Positions 42,823 to 52,496 of a DNA stretch of 64,000 bases are shown piece after piece. The notes beneath the pieces were generated by a model that was given only the letters and a program-made list of their open reading frames with translations, was not told the DNA's origin and did not search any database. The stretch is from Vulcanimicrobiota bacterium (GTDB lineage Bacteria; Vulcanimicrobiota; Vulcanimicrobiia; Vulcanimicrobiales; Vulcanimicrobiaceae). The stretch lies in assembly GCA_963723515.1 (NCBI GenBank), contig CAVRQT010000003.1:128001-192000 (forward strand). Reading direction: 5' to 3'. Each line of letters opens with the position of its first letter. Position 1 is the stretch's first letter. The translations under genes and the position numbers were made by a program.

Positions 42823-44091
42823 GTGGGCGCGTTCGAGCCGATTTTGATGAAAGGCATCGGCGAAGCGAACTTGCGCGACATCAACGTGTATCGTGAGCGC
42901 GGCGGTTATCGTCAGCTCGAACGCGCCTTCAAAGAGTTCACGCCGGCACAATTGCTCGACATGGCAAAGAGCTCGGGACTGCGCGGCCGTGGCGGCGCCG
43001 GTTTCCCGACCGGAACGAAGTGGGGTTTTCTCCCTGGAAGCGATGCACCGCGTTATCTCGTCTGCAACTGCGACGAAGCGGAGCCCGGGACGTTCAAGGA
43101 TCGCATGCTGCTCGAGGAAGCACCGCATTTGGTTCTCGAGGGCATCTTGATCGGCGCGTATGCGATCGGCTGCCGTCACGCATTCATCTACATCCGCGGT
43201 GAATTCAAAGACGGATACGAGATTATGCGTCAGGCCGTTGAAGGCGCTCGCACCGCAGGCTTCATCGGGCGCGACCTTTTCGGCAGCGGATACGACCTCG
43301 AGTTTACGATCCACCGCGGCGCGGGCGCGTACATTTGCGGCGAAGAAACAGCACTGCTCAATTCGCTGGAGGGCAAACGCGGTGAGCCGCGTCTCAAGCC
43401 GCCGTTTCCGGCGACGCAAGGCCTCTACAGCATGCCGACCGTCGTCAACAACGTGGAGACGCTGGCGTATCTCGTTCCGATCATGGAGCGTGGCGCGCAG
43501 TGGTTTGCGAGCGTCGGCTCCGAGAAATCGAAGGGATTCAAAATCGTCTCCGTCAGCGGGCATGTTCGCAACCCCGGCAACTACGAAGTGCCGATGGGCA
43601 CGCCGGTGCGTCAGATCATCGAGCTTGCGGGCGGCGTTCGCGAAGGACGAAAGATCGTTGCGGTGCAGCCCGGCGGCGGCTCATCCGCATGCATCTTCGA
43701 AGAAGACTTCGACTTACCGTACGACTACGAGTCGATGCAGAAGGCCGGCTCGATGCTCGGTTCGGGTGCAATGGTGATCTTCGACGACACGACTGATTTC
43801 GTCGAGGCCGCCCACTCGCTCGTGCGATTTTTTGCGCATGAATCGTGCGGACAATGCACGCCGTGTCGCGAAGGCGGACATTGGCTGGAGCTGACGTTAG
43901 AACGCCTCGTGCATAACCGCGGCGTTCCCGGCGACGTCGAGATCTTGGAAAAAGCATCGCACCAAATGACCGGGCTCAACCTTTGTCCGCTCGGCGATTC
44001 GATCGAGCCGTTTTTGGCTTCCGTCGTCAAACGGTTCCCGGAGCAATTCAATGCGCGCGTTCTAAAATTGGATGGCGCGAAGCGTGGCTGA
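42823..44091 (+). CDS. nuoF: NADH-quinone oxidoreductase subunit F
   Basis: GRGGAGFPTG, DEAEPGTFKD, GAGAYICGEET, ESCGQCTPCREG. Confidence 0.96.
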   Translation: MGAFEPILMKGIGEANLRDINVYRERGGYRQLERAFKEFTPAQLLDMAKSSGLRGRGGAGFPTGTKWGFLPGSDAPRYLVCNCDEAEPGTFKDRMLLEEAPHLVLEGILIGAYAIGCRHAFIYIRGEFKDGYEIMRQAVEGARTAGFIGRDLFGSGYDLEFTIHRGAGAYICGEETALLNSLEGKRGEPRLKPPFPATQGLYSMPTVVNNVETLAYLVPIMERGAQWFASVGSEKSKGFKIVSVSGHVRNPGNYEVPMGTPVRQIIELAGGVREGRKIVAVQPGGGSSACIFEEDFDLPYDYESMQKAGSMLGSGAMVIFDDTTDFVEAAHSLVRFFAHESCGQCTPCREGGHWLELTLERLVHNRGVPGDVEILEKASHQMTGLNLCPLGDSIEPFLASVVKRFPEQFNARVLKLDGAKRG

Positions 44092-46371
44092 TCAAAGCCC
44101 GGGCGTAACCCTCACAATCGACGGCATTCAGCTCAGCGTTCCGAAGAACACGCTGCTCGTTGAGGCAGCCAAGACGGTCCGCAACGAGATTCCGGTCTAC
44201 TGTTACCATACCAAGCTCGGCCCCGCCGGGCTCTGCCGCATCTGTCTTGTCGAGATCGAAGGGACGCCGAAGCTGCAGATTGCGTGCAATACGCGCGTCA
44301 CGGAGGGGATGGTCGTCCATACGCGCTCGCCGCGCGTCAACGACGGACGCCGTGCCGTCCTGGAATTCTTCTTGTTGAATCATCCGCTCGATTGTCCGAT
44401 TTGCGATAAAGGCGGAGAATGCGATCTGCAAGACTTTTCGATGGCCTACGGTCAAGGCCAATCGCGCCTTGCCGATCCGAAAGCGAGCAAACCAAAAGCC
44501 GTCGATCTCGGTCCGACGATCGTCTTGGATGAGGAGCGTTGCATCGTCTGCCAGCGTTGCGTCCGCTTCGACGACGTCATCACGGGCGAGAAATCGCTCG
44601 TCGTCAAAGGGCGCGGCCATCGCGACATCATTGCCACGGCGACGGAAGAACCGTACCACTCCAACTTTAGCGGCAACGTAACCGAGCTCTGTCCCGTCGG
44701 AGCCCTGACTTCAAAGACGTATCGTTTCCGGTCGCGGCCGTGGGACTTGCAGCGGACGAAAACGACCTGCACGCAATGCAGCGTCGGCTGCCAGATGCAT
44801 GTGGACGTTCGTGAAGGCGCGGTGCTGCGCACGATGTCCGTACCGGACGACGACCGGATTTCGGACGGCTGGCTCTGCGACCGCGGCCGCTACAATATCG
44901 GTTTCTACGACGACCCGCGCCGTCTGAATTCGCCTATATATAAGGAAGGCGGAGATTGGGTGCGGCTCGGGTGGGACGATGCGATCGAGCGTTGGGCCTC
45001 CGCGATCAAGGATGCGTTGGCAACTGCCGGCCCGCAATCGATCGGTGTCCTGGGCGGAGGCCGCCTTCTGAACGAAGAGGCCTATGCGCTCCAGCATCTC
45101 TTCCGGAAGCTCGGCATTGCCAACCTCGACTGGCGCGCCGGACGGCAACGGCAGGCGACGCCCGGTCACGAGAGCGGAACGCCGGCCGGCCTCGAGGCCG
45201 CGCAAGCGATCGTCGTTCTCGGGCAATCAGCGGCAGAAACGGCGCCGGTTTTGGATCTGCGGATTCGCAAAGCGGTCATGCATCACGGCGCGACCTGCGT
45301 CGCGATCGATATGCGAGATCCCGCGCCGCCCTATGACTGTCGCGCCGTTGCAACGATTCGGGAAGCAATTGCGGCGGTGCCGCAAGGCGCGCAGCGGATT
45401 GCCGTCGTGTGGGACGGCGTCGATGCGACGGCGGCGCGCGATTTGCTCGCTGGACTGCAAGGCCGCGGCGCGATTCAAACGTTCATTGCCGGAGAGCAGC
45501 CCAATGCGCGCGGCGCTGAAGCGGCCGGCATGCATCCGGCGCTTGGGCCGGCCTACGACGTGCTCTCCAACGCGGGCCGTGACTTTGCAGGCATGATTGA
45601 AGATGCGCGCACCGGCAAATTGCACGTCCTCTGCATTCTCGGCGCGAATCCGGCGCTGCACTTTCCCGACGGCCAAGCGATGCGCGAGGCGCTCGAACGC
45701 GTCCCATTCGTTGCGGTCTCGGAGCTCTTCATGACGCAAACCGCCAGCGCCGCAAATCTCGATCTTGCCGGCCGCCGCGCCATTTGAAAAAACCGGCACG
45801 ACGCTCAATGCATGCGGGGACTTATTGCCGGTGAACGCGGCACGCCAAGCGTTCACGGGAACGCACAGCGATTTGGAAATGATTGCGGGGCTCGCGCAAG
45901 CGCTCGGCGTCGAGATGCCGGCGCTCGATGAAGTGCAGGAGCGCGTGCTCGATTGTGCGGCAGCCAAAGGCAACTTCTCGCTCGGAGATACGCGGCTCTG
46001 TGGCACGCAGCAATCATCGAAAACCGCGCGCCGATCGACTCCAAGTTGCGGTTCAGTCGCGGATCTTCGCAGGCGGTGGAACGGCTGCGCACGACACGTG
46101 GATCGAGGAGTTGCGTCCGCTGCCTGAAGCCGCCGTCTCGCCGGCTGTTGCGCGGCGCTTGAGCATCCAAACCGGTGATTGCATCGATCTGCAAGGTACA
46201 AGCTCGACGATGCACGATCTCCTCGTCGAGGTGCGGCCGAACTTACCGGACGGCGTTGTGGCGGTCATCGACGGTTTGCCGGACGATCCGGCAAACCGCT
46301 TGGGCGACGAGGCATCCGTCTGCGTCGTCAACATTCGCCGCAGCCGCGAACTGGCAGGCGCAGCGTCCTGA
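44084..46371 (+). CDS. nuoG: NADH-quinone oxidoreductase subunit G (two apparent frameshifts)
   Basis: CRICLV, HPLDCPICDKGGECDLQ, CIVCQRC, CPVGAL, CTQCSVGC..LCDRGR (N7-type Cys motif). Confidence 0.93.
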
Positions 46372-47351
46372 TGCCGCTCTGGCTGCTCGTCTTGATCAAG
46401 TCGGCGCTCTTGCTTTTCGTCGTCATCACGACGTTCGCGTACGCGATGCTGTTCGAGCGCAAGATCATGGGCTGGATGCAGTTGCGTCCGGGGCCGAATC
46501 GCGTCGGACCGTGGGGTTTACTGCAGCCCGCGGCCGATGCAGTGAAGATGTTGTTCAAGGAAGATCTGACGCCGAGCACGGCGGATCCGTTGATCTACAA
46601 GTTCGCGCCGTTCATCTCGCTCGTTTCCGCCTTTGGCGCCTACGCGATCATTCCGTTCAGCGAGCCGTCGCCCGGCGCGCTGTGGTCGATAGCGAACATC
46701 AACGCCGGCATTCTTTTCATCTTTGCGTTGACGGCGATCGGCGTCTACGGCGTCTCTTTGGGCGGCTGGGCGTCCGGTTCGAAATATCCGCTCCTCGGCG
46801 CGATTCGGGGGACGGCGCAGATGATCAGCTACGAGCTAGCGATGACGATGTCGGTCATCGGCGTCTTGATTCTCGCCGGAACGACGTCGCTCGCCGGCAT
46901 CGTACACGCGCAAAATCGGATCTGGTTCGTCATTCCGCAGATTGTCGGTTTCGCTATCTACTTCATGACAGCTGTTGCAGAGACGAATCGCGCGCCATTC
47001 GATCTCGTCGAGGCGGACGCTGAACTTGTAGCGGGCTTTCATACCGAGTACTCCGGCTTGCGTTTCGGTCTCTTTTTCATCGCTGAATACGTGAACATGC
47101 TGACCGTCTCGTGCATCGCGACGCTGCTCTTCTTCGGCGGCTGGAATCCGCTCTTCGGGGGGACTATCATCCCCGGAATCGTCTGGTTTATCCTGAAGGT
47201 CGTCTTCTTTCTCTTCTGTTACATCTGGCTGCGCGCGACGCTGCCGCGTTTCCGCTACGACCGGTTGATGGCGTTCGGCTGGAAGGTGCTCTTGCCGGTT
47301 GCAACGCTCAACTTAATTGTGACCGCCGTGGTCGTGGCGGTTAAGGGATAA
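46371..47351 (+). CDS. nuoH: NADH-quinone oxidoreductase subunit H
   Basis: ERK..GPNRVGPWG, ETNRAPFDL, PRFRYD. Confidence 0.96.
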   Translation: MPLWLLVLIKSALLLFVVITTFAYAMLFERKIMGWMQLRPGPNRVGPWGLLQPAADAVKMLFKEDLTPSTADPLIYKFAPFISLVSAFGAYAIIPFSEPSPGALWSIANINAGILFIFALTAIGVYGVSLGGWASGSKYPLLGAIRGTAQMISYELAMTMSVIGVLILAGTTSLAGIVHAQNRIWFVIPQIVGFAIYFMTAVAETNRAPFDLVEADAELVAGFHTEYSGLRFGLFFIAEYVNMLTVSCIATLLFFGGWNPLFGGTIIPGIVWFILKVVFFLFCYIWLRATLPRFRYDRLMAFGWKVLLPVATLNLIVTAVVVAVKG

Positions 47352-47353
47352 AT

Positions 47354-47983
47354 ATGCAGAGCAAGGCGACAAACGGCCGCACGCGGATGCGCAAACACCT
47401 CTACAACGTCGGCGCGCTCTTCCGCGGATTTGCAACGGTCTTCAGCTTCATGTTCATGCGCAAGCCGACGATCGGCTATCCGAGCATCAAGAAGCAGCAT
47501 GCGCCCCGATTTCATGGGCTTCACGAACTGCGCCGTTACGCGGACGGCAAAGAGCGATGCATCGGTTGTGAGCTCTGCGCGATTGCCTGCCCCGCCAATG
47601 CGATCACCGTTATCGGCGCCGAGAATCGGCCTGACGATCGCCGTTCACCCGGCGAGCGGTATGCAGCGCGCTATGAGATCGATGAGTTGCGCTGCATCTT
47701 CTGCGGCATGTGCGAAGAGGCGTGTCCGACCGACGCGATCGTGCTCACGCCGCGCTTTGAGATGTCCGATTACCGGCGCGGTTCGTTCATTTACGCGAAA
47801 GACCGGTTGCTCGTACCGCCGCAAGCCGGCGTCGGAACGTCGCCCGACGAGCGTCCCGGCGGGATCCCGGCGGATCTCGGAGAGGTCGCCGAAATCAAAT
47901 CAACCGTCGATATCGAGCGCGGCTACGATGCAACCTATCGCGGTCAGATCCTCAAGACGCAGCGCCGGGGCTTAGCGGATTGA
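47354..47983 (+). CDS. nuoI: NADH-quinone oxidoreductase subunit I
   Basis: CIGCELCAIACP and CIFCGMCEEACP. Confidence 0.95.
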   Translation: MQSKATNGRTRMRKHLYNVGALFRGFATVFSFMFMRKPTIGYPSIKKQHAPRFHGLHELRRYADGKERCIGCELCAIACPANAITVIGAENRPDDRRSPGERYAARYEIDELRCIFCGMCEEACPTDAIVLTPRFEMSDYRRGSFIYAKDRLLVPPQAGVGTSPDERPGGIPADLGEVAEIKSTVDIERGYDATYRGQILKTQRRGLAD

Positions 47984-48588
47984 CGCTCTTTTGGATCCTC
48001 GGCATCTTGCTCGTCGCAAGTGCCGTCTTTGTGATCAGCCAGCGCAAGCCGGTATACAGCGTCGTTGGGCTGCTCGTACACTTTGCCGTGCTGGCTGTTT
48101 TCTATCTCACGCTGAATGCGGAATTTCTCGCGGTCATTCAAATCGTGATCTATTCCGGTGCGATTCTGATTCTGTTCGTCTTCGTGATCGCGCTGCTTTC
48201 GAGCGGCGTTTCGGCATTTTCCGTCGGGCCGAACCGCATGCCGAAAGCTGCCGTTCCGGCAGGCGTGCTCGCCTTCGTTGCACTCGCCTTCGTCGTCTAT
48301 GGGATCTTGCGCATGCCGCTCGTCGCCGCCGGCGCGCGTGCCGTGACAACCTCGATTCCGGGAGCCGTCGGCGCGCCGAATGTCTTCGGCAGCGTTGCAG
48401 ATTTCGGACGAGCGCTCTTCACGACGCATTTGCTGCCTTTTGAGATCACGGCTTTCATTCTGATGGTGGCCGTCATCGGCGTCGTCGCTCTCGCCGGTGA
48501 GCAAACGCCGTTCGTCCCATCGTTGCGGCGCGCCCGTGCGGTCGAACGTGAGATGCGCGAAGCGCTCTTGCGCGGCGGCGAGCAGTGA
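47980..48588 (+). CDS. nuoJ: NADH-quinone oxidoreductase subunit J
   Basis: AEFLAVIQIVIYSGAI, PFE. Confidence 0.93.
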   Translation: MTLFWILGILLVASAVFVISQRKPVYSVVGLLVHFAVLAVFYLTLNAEFLAVIQIVIYSGAILILFVFVIALLSSGVSAFSVGPNRMPKAAVPAGVLAFVALAFVVYGILRMPLVAAGARAVTTSIPGAVGAPNVFGSVADFGRALFTTHLLPFEITAFILMVAVIGVVALAGEQTPFVPSLRRARAVEREMREALLRGGEQ

Positions 48589-48905
48589 ACGAAGCGGCGC
48601 TGCCGGTCGCGATCGTCAACTACATCGCGCTTTCGGCGGTCATTCTGTTCATTGGCGCGGCAGGCGTCATGCTGCGACGCAACCCGCTGATCATGCTGAT
48701 GTCGATCGAACTGATGTGGAATGCCGCAAACCTGCTCTTCCTCGCCTTCGCGCGCGCATGGCTCAACAACGCCGGACACATCTTCGCGTTCATCGTCATT
48801 ACGGTCGCCGCGGCGGAGGCCGCGATCGGCTTGGCGATTGTGGTCGTCGTCTTTCGATCGTCGCGCACGGTTGACGTCGACGAAGTGACGAGCTTGAGGG
48901 GTTGA
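48585..48905 (+). CDS. nuoK: NADH-quinone oxidoreductase subunit K
   Basis: RRN..MSIELM, VAAAEAAIGLA. Confidence 0.95.
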   Translation: MNEAALPVAIVNYIALSAVILFIGAAGVMLRRNPLIMLMSIELMWNAANLLFLAFARAWLNNAGHIFAFIVITVAAAEAAIGLAIVVVVFRSSRTVDVDEVTSLRG

Positions 48906-49106
48906 TGCATCAGATACGCCCTGTCACGCTGAGCCTGTCGAAGCGCCACCGTTATCGCGGCATTAAAGTAGCGCCTTTAGACGTGATCCAGGATAGGCTA
49001 GCCAGATTTGCACGACCCTTCGATGCTTCGACACTTCGACATGCTCAGTGCAGGCTGCCGCTCAGCACAGGCGTTCTCAGGGTGACACACCGCTGATGCA
49101 TCAGAT
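48903..49106. mobile_element. Non-autonomous (MITE/REPIN-like) insertion: an inverted pair of hairpin repeats with nested copies, flanked by a 13-bp direct repeat
   Basis: TGATGCATCAGAT at 48903-48915 and 49094-49106. Inverted ends TGTCACGCTGAG (48922-48933) and CTCAGGGTGACA (49076-49087). Confidence 0.75.
48905..49096 (+). CDS. 63-aa repeat-derived ORF coupled (TGATG) to both nuoK and nuoL
   Basis: Its ATG overlaps the nuoK stop and its stop overlaps the nuoL ATG. Translation is inferred, not shown. Confidence 0.45.
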   Translation: MHQIRPVTLSLSKRHRYRGIKVAPLDVIQDRLARFARPFDASTLRHAQCRLPLSTGVLRVTHR

Positions 49107-51087
49107 TGGCGTTGCCGGAACCTATCCGCTGCTGTATTTGATTTGGCTCTTGCCGCTCGCCGGTGCGATTGTGTGCTGGGCGTTTGGCCCGCAGCTGCGC
49201 ACGCTGGCCGGTTCGCTCGGCAGTGCGGCAATCGGCGCTGCGTTTCTTGCGACGATTCTCTCCTGGGGGAGCGCGATGCAGCGCAGCGGCGGACTGCTCG
49301 GCGCACATCAGCATATCGGCTCCTGGTTCCGCGGCTTCGATTTCGGGCTGCTGCTCGATCCGCTCTCGCTCATTTGGGCGCTAATCATCACGGGCGTCGG
49401 GTTCGTCATTCACCTCTACTCGATCGGCTATATGAGCGGCGATCGTGCGTACGCGCGCTTCTTCGGTTACATGAATTTCTTCGTCTTCGCGATGCTGACG
49501 CTCGTGCTCGCGGACAACTTTGTGCTTTTGCTCGTCGGCTGGGGCCTCGTTGGTTTGGCTTCGTACTTCTTGATCGGATTCTGGTTCGAACGGCCGACGG
49601 CCGTCGCCGCGGCGCGCAAGGCGTTCGTCATCAATGTTGTCGGCGATGTCGCCATGCTCTTCGCAATCTTCATTATCTTTGCAAAGGTGGGCTCGATTTC
49701 GTATGCCGACGTCTTTGCAAATCCAACAGTGCTTGGATCGTCATTATTGCTCGTTTGCATCTGCCTCTTCATCGGCGCGGCGGCGAAATCGGCGCAAGTA
49801 CCGCTGCACACATGGTTGCCCGACGCGATGGAGGGTCCGACGCCGGTTTCCGCATTGATTCACGCGGCGACGATGGTCACCGCCGGCGTCTATCTCGTCG
49901 CCCGGTGCTGGCCGCTTTGGAATGCCTCACATGATGCGCAGACGATTGCCGGCACGATCGGCGCATTGACGGCGCTGATCGGGGCGGTTCTCGGAACGTC
50001 CCAGTGGGATATCAAGCGAATTTTGGCCTATTCGACGATGTCGCAGATCGGCTACATGATCATGGGCGTCGGCGTCGGTGCATATGAAGGCGGCGTCGCA
50101 CATTTCTTTACGCACGCATTTTTCAAGGCGCAGCTTTTCTTGGCGGCGGGGCTCGTCATTCACGCGCTTGCAAACGAGCAAGACGTGCGATTGATGGGCG
50201 GTTTACGCAAACGCATGCCGCTGGCGTTCTGGGCCATGGTGGTCGGCGTCTTGGCGATCTGCGGCGTTCCGGGACTCTCGGGCTTTTTCAGCAAGGACGC
50301 GGTCATCTTCGGAGCGCTCGAGCACGGCCATCCGTGGCTCTATGCGATCGGCATCGTTACCGCGGGCATCACGGCATACTACATGTTCCGGATGCTCTTT
50401 CTGACGTTTTTCGGCGAGTATCGGGGCGAGATGAGGCCGGACGAACTCGGCATTCCGTCCGAGGAAGCGCAAGCGATTACCGCCCTTCGAGAGCCTCAGG
50501 ACGCACATGAGCCGGCGCACGAAGAAGAACATGCGCCGGCGTGGGTGATGAACGCGCCGGTTGCGGTGCTCATCATCCCGTCAATCATTGCGGGCTGGCT
50601 GCTCGTCGGCGGCGAGAGCTCGCCGTGGCACCGGTTCTTCGCGGGGCAATTTCAAACCGTGACCGGCCCGACACCGGTCAGCGAGCTCGTGACGTCGCTG
50701 CTCGTGCTGCTTTTCGTTTTGGCCGGCGTCGCGGTCGCCTATCTGCGTTATGCTGCTGCGCCGGCACTGGCCAACGCGCCGGCGCGCTTGCAACGCGAAT
50801 CGCTTCGCATGCCGGCCGCACTCACGCAGCTGCTGTATTTTGATACCGCGATCGATATACTGTTCGTCAAACCGGCCATCGGTTTAGGGGTGATCTTCGG
50901 CCGTGCATTCGATCCGCACGTTATCGACGGCGCGGTGCGTGAGGCGGTAATTTCCGCCCGCTGGCTCGGGCATCTCTTTCGTAGCTTTCAAACGGGACTC
51001 GTTCGTGCGTACGCAGTGATCATGATCTTCGGCGCGGCATGCTTCATCGCGTATTATGCCTTTGCACGCGGGCTCGTGATGCGCTGA
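49096..51087 (+). CDS. nuoL: NADH-quinone oxidoreductase subunit L
   Basis: YSIGYM, KSAQVPLHTWLPDAMEGPTPVSALIHAATMVTAG, HAFFKA, GFFSKD. Confidence 0.96.
   Translation: MHQIGVAGTYPLLYLIWLLPLAGAIVCWAFGPQLRTLAGSLGSAAIGAAFLATILSWGSAMQRSGGLLGAHQHIGSWFRGFDFGLLLDPLSLIWALIITGVGFVIHLYSIGYMSGDRAYARFFGYMNFFVFAMLTLVLADNFVLLLVGWGLVGLASYFLIGFWFERPTAVAAARKAFVINVVGDVAMLFAIFIIFAKVGSISYADVFANPTVLGSSLLLVCICLFIGAAAKSAQVPLHTWLPDAMEGPTPVSALIHAATMVTAGVYLVARCWPLWNASHDAQTIAGTIGALTALIGAVLGTSQWDIKRILAYSTMSQIGYMIMGVGVGAYEGGVAHFFTHAFFKAQLFLAAGLVIHALANEQDVRLMGGLRKRMPLAFWAMVVGVLAICGVPGLSGFFSKDAVIFGALEHGHPWLYAIGIVTAGITAYYMFRMLFLTFFGEYRGEMRPDELGIPSEEAQAITALREPQDAHEPAHEEEHAPAWVMNAPVAVLIIPSIIAGWLLVGGESSPWHRFFAGQFQTVTGPTPVSELVTSLLVLLFVLAGVAVAYLRYAAAPALANAPARLQRESLRMPAALTQLLYFDTAIDILFVKPAIGLGVIFGRAFDPHVIDGAVREAVISARWLGHLFRSFQTGLVRAYAVIMIFGAACFIAYYAFARGLVMR
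50483..50501 (+). repeat. Divergent hairpin repeat copy in frame within the NuoL loop
   Basis: CCCTTCGAGAGCCTCAGGA (ALREPQD) keeps TTCGA-N4-CTCAG and the stem. Confidence 0.65.
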
Positions 51088-52496
51088 TGGTTATCTCGCT
51101 CGTCCTTCTGCCGCTCGTCGCCGGCTTTGCGCTGTTCTTGCTGCCGCGCGAAGACCGCAGAGTCAGCAAAGCGACCGGCTGCATCATTGCAGCGGCGACG
51201 TTCGTCTTGGCGCTGGCGAGCAGCGATCGAACGCAGACCGCGCGCTGGCTCTCGCGTCCATTTACGGCGGCCTTCCATTTTTCGAACGACGGCATCGGGC
51301 ACTGGATCGTGTTGTTGCTCGCCTTGGCGACGTTTTGCGCGATTCTGGCGACGACCGTGCCGCGAATGCGCAGCTTTATCGCGCTGCTGCTGCTGCTCGA
51401 GGGCACGATGATGGGCGTCTTTTTGGCGCGCGATCTGCTGCTCTTTGCGCTCTTCTGGGATGCAATGCTGATGCCGGTCTTCCTGGCACTGATTGGCTGG
51501 GGAGAACATCCCGCGACGGCGTGGCGCTATTTGATCTACAACTTTGCCGGCGGCCTGACGCTGCTCTTGGCGACCGCTGCTTACGGCGTGATCGCCGGCT
51601 CGACGGACGTCATCGGCAAGACGAACGTGGCGCACATCGGCTACGTGTGGGCGGCGTGGATCCTCGCTGGATTCGCATTTGCATTCTTGGTAAAGACGCC
51701 GGTGTGGCCGTTTCACACGTGGATGCCCGCAACGTACGCCGACACGCCGGCGCCGATGATCGCCGTCGTGAGTGGCGTGCAGTCGAAAGCCGGACTGTAC
51801 GGCTTCATCGTCGTGGGGCTTGCGCTGCTGCCTGAATCGATGCGCGCGGCCACGATTGCGATGTTTTGGCTGGGGTTGATCTCACTGCTGTACGGCGCGT
51901 TGATCGCGCTCGTGCAAACCGACGGCAAACGCATCGTCGCCTATTCGTCGCTATCGCATCTTGGCTTGATCTTGCTGGCGATCTTCAGTTTCAATGCCCT
52001 TGCCTTGCGCGGTGCATTGATCTACATCATCGCGCACGGCCTCTTCAGCGCTGCCCTCTTCCTGATTCTCGGCTATGTTGAGGAACGTGAGGAGACGCGC
52101 TCGCTCCTGCGGCTCGGCGGACTGGGCCGGCGCAATCCGCGTTTGGCGGGCGCGTTCGTGATCGCCGCGCTTGCGGCGCTCGGTTTGCCGGGACTCGCCG
52201 GATTCGCGGGCGAGCTCGTCATTTTGACCGGCCTCTTTGCAGCGGGCAATTTCTGGGTCGCCCTGATCGCGTTGATTCCGATCATCATCGCCTCGGCGTA
52301 CATGCTGCGGCTCTTCCAAGAGATGATGAATGGGCCCGAGGTGGCCGACGTGCCGGTGCGCGCAGACCTGAGTTGGATTGAAGGTCTTGCTGTTGCGCCG
52401 CTGCTCTTAGCGATCGTTTTAATCGGCGTTGATCCGCACGCACTGACGACATTCGATACGGCGCCGTACGCGGCGAGCGTGGCGGTTCAGCAATGA
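51087..52496 (+). CDS. nuoM: NADH-quinone oxidoreductase subunit M
   Basis: KTPVWPFHTWMP, KRIVAYSSLSH, GLPGLAGFAGE. Confidence 0.93.
   Translation: MVISLVLLPLVAGFALFLLPREDRRVSKATGCIIAAATFVLALASSDRTQTARWLSRPFTAAFHFSNDGIGHWIVLLLALATFCAILATTVPRMRSFIALLLLLEGTMMGVFLARDLLLFALFWDAMLMPVFLALIGWGEHPATAWRYLIYNFAGGLTLLLATAAYGVIAGSTDVIGKTNVAHIGYVWAAWILAGFAFAFLVKTPVWPFHTWMPATYADTPAPMIAVVSGVQSKAGLYGFIVVGLALLPESMRAATIAMFWLGLISLLYGALIALVQTDGKRIVAYSSLSHLGLILLAIFSFNALALRGALIYIIAHGLFSAALFLILGYVEEREETRSLLRLGGLGRRNPRLAGAFVIAALAALGLPGLAGFAGELVILTGLFAAGNFWVALIALIPIIIASAYMLRLFQEMMNGPEVADVPVRADLSWIEGLAVAPLLLAIVLIGVDPHALTTFDTAPYAASVAVQQ

Noticed and set aside
48922..49087. CRISPR array interpretation of the clustered repeats
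   Set aside because: The units are nested or inverted with no regular unique spacers, and there are no cas genes.
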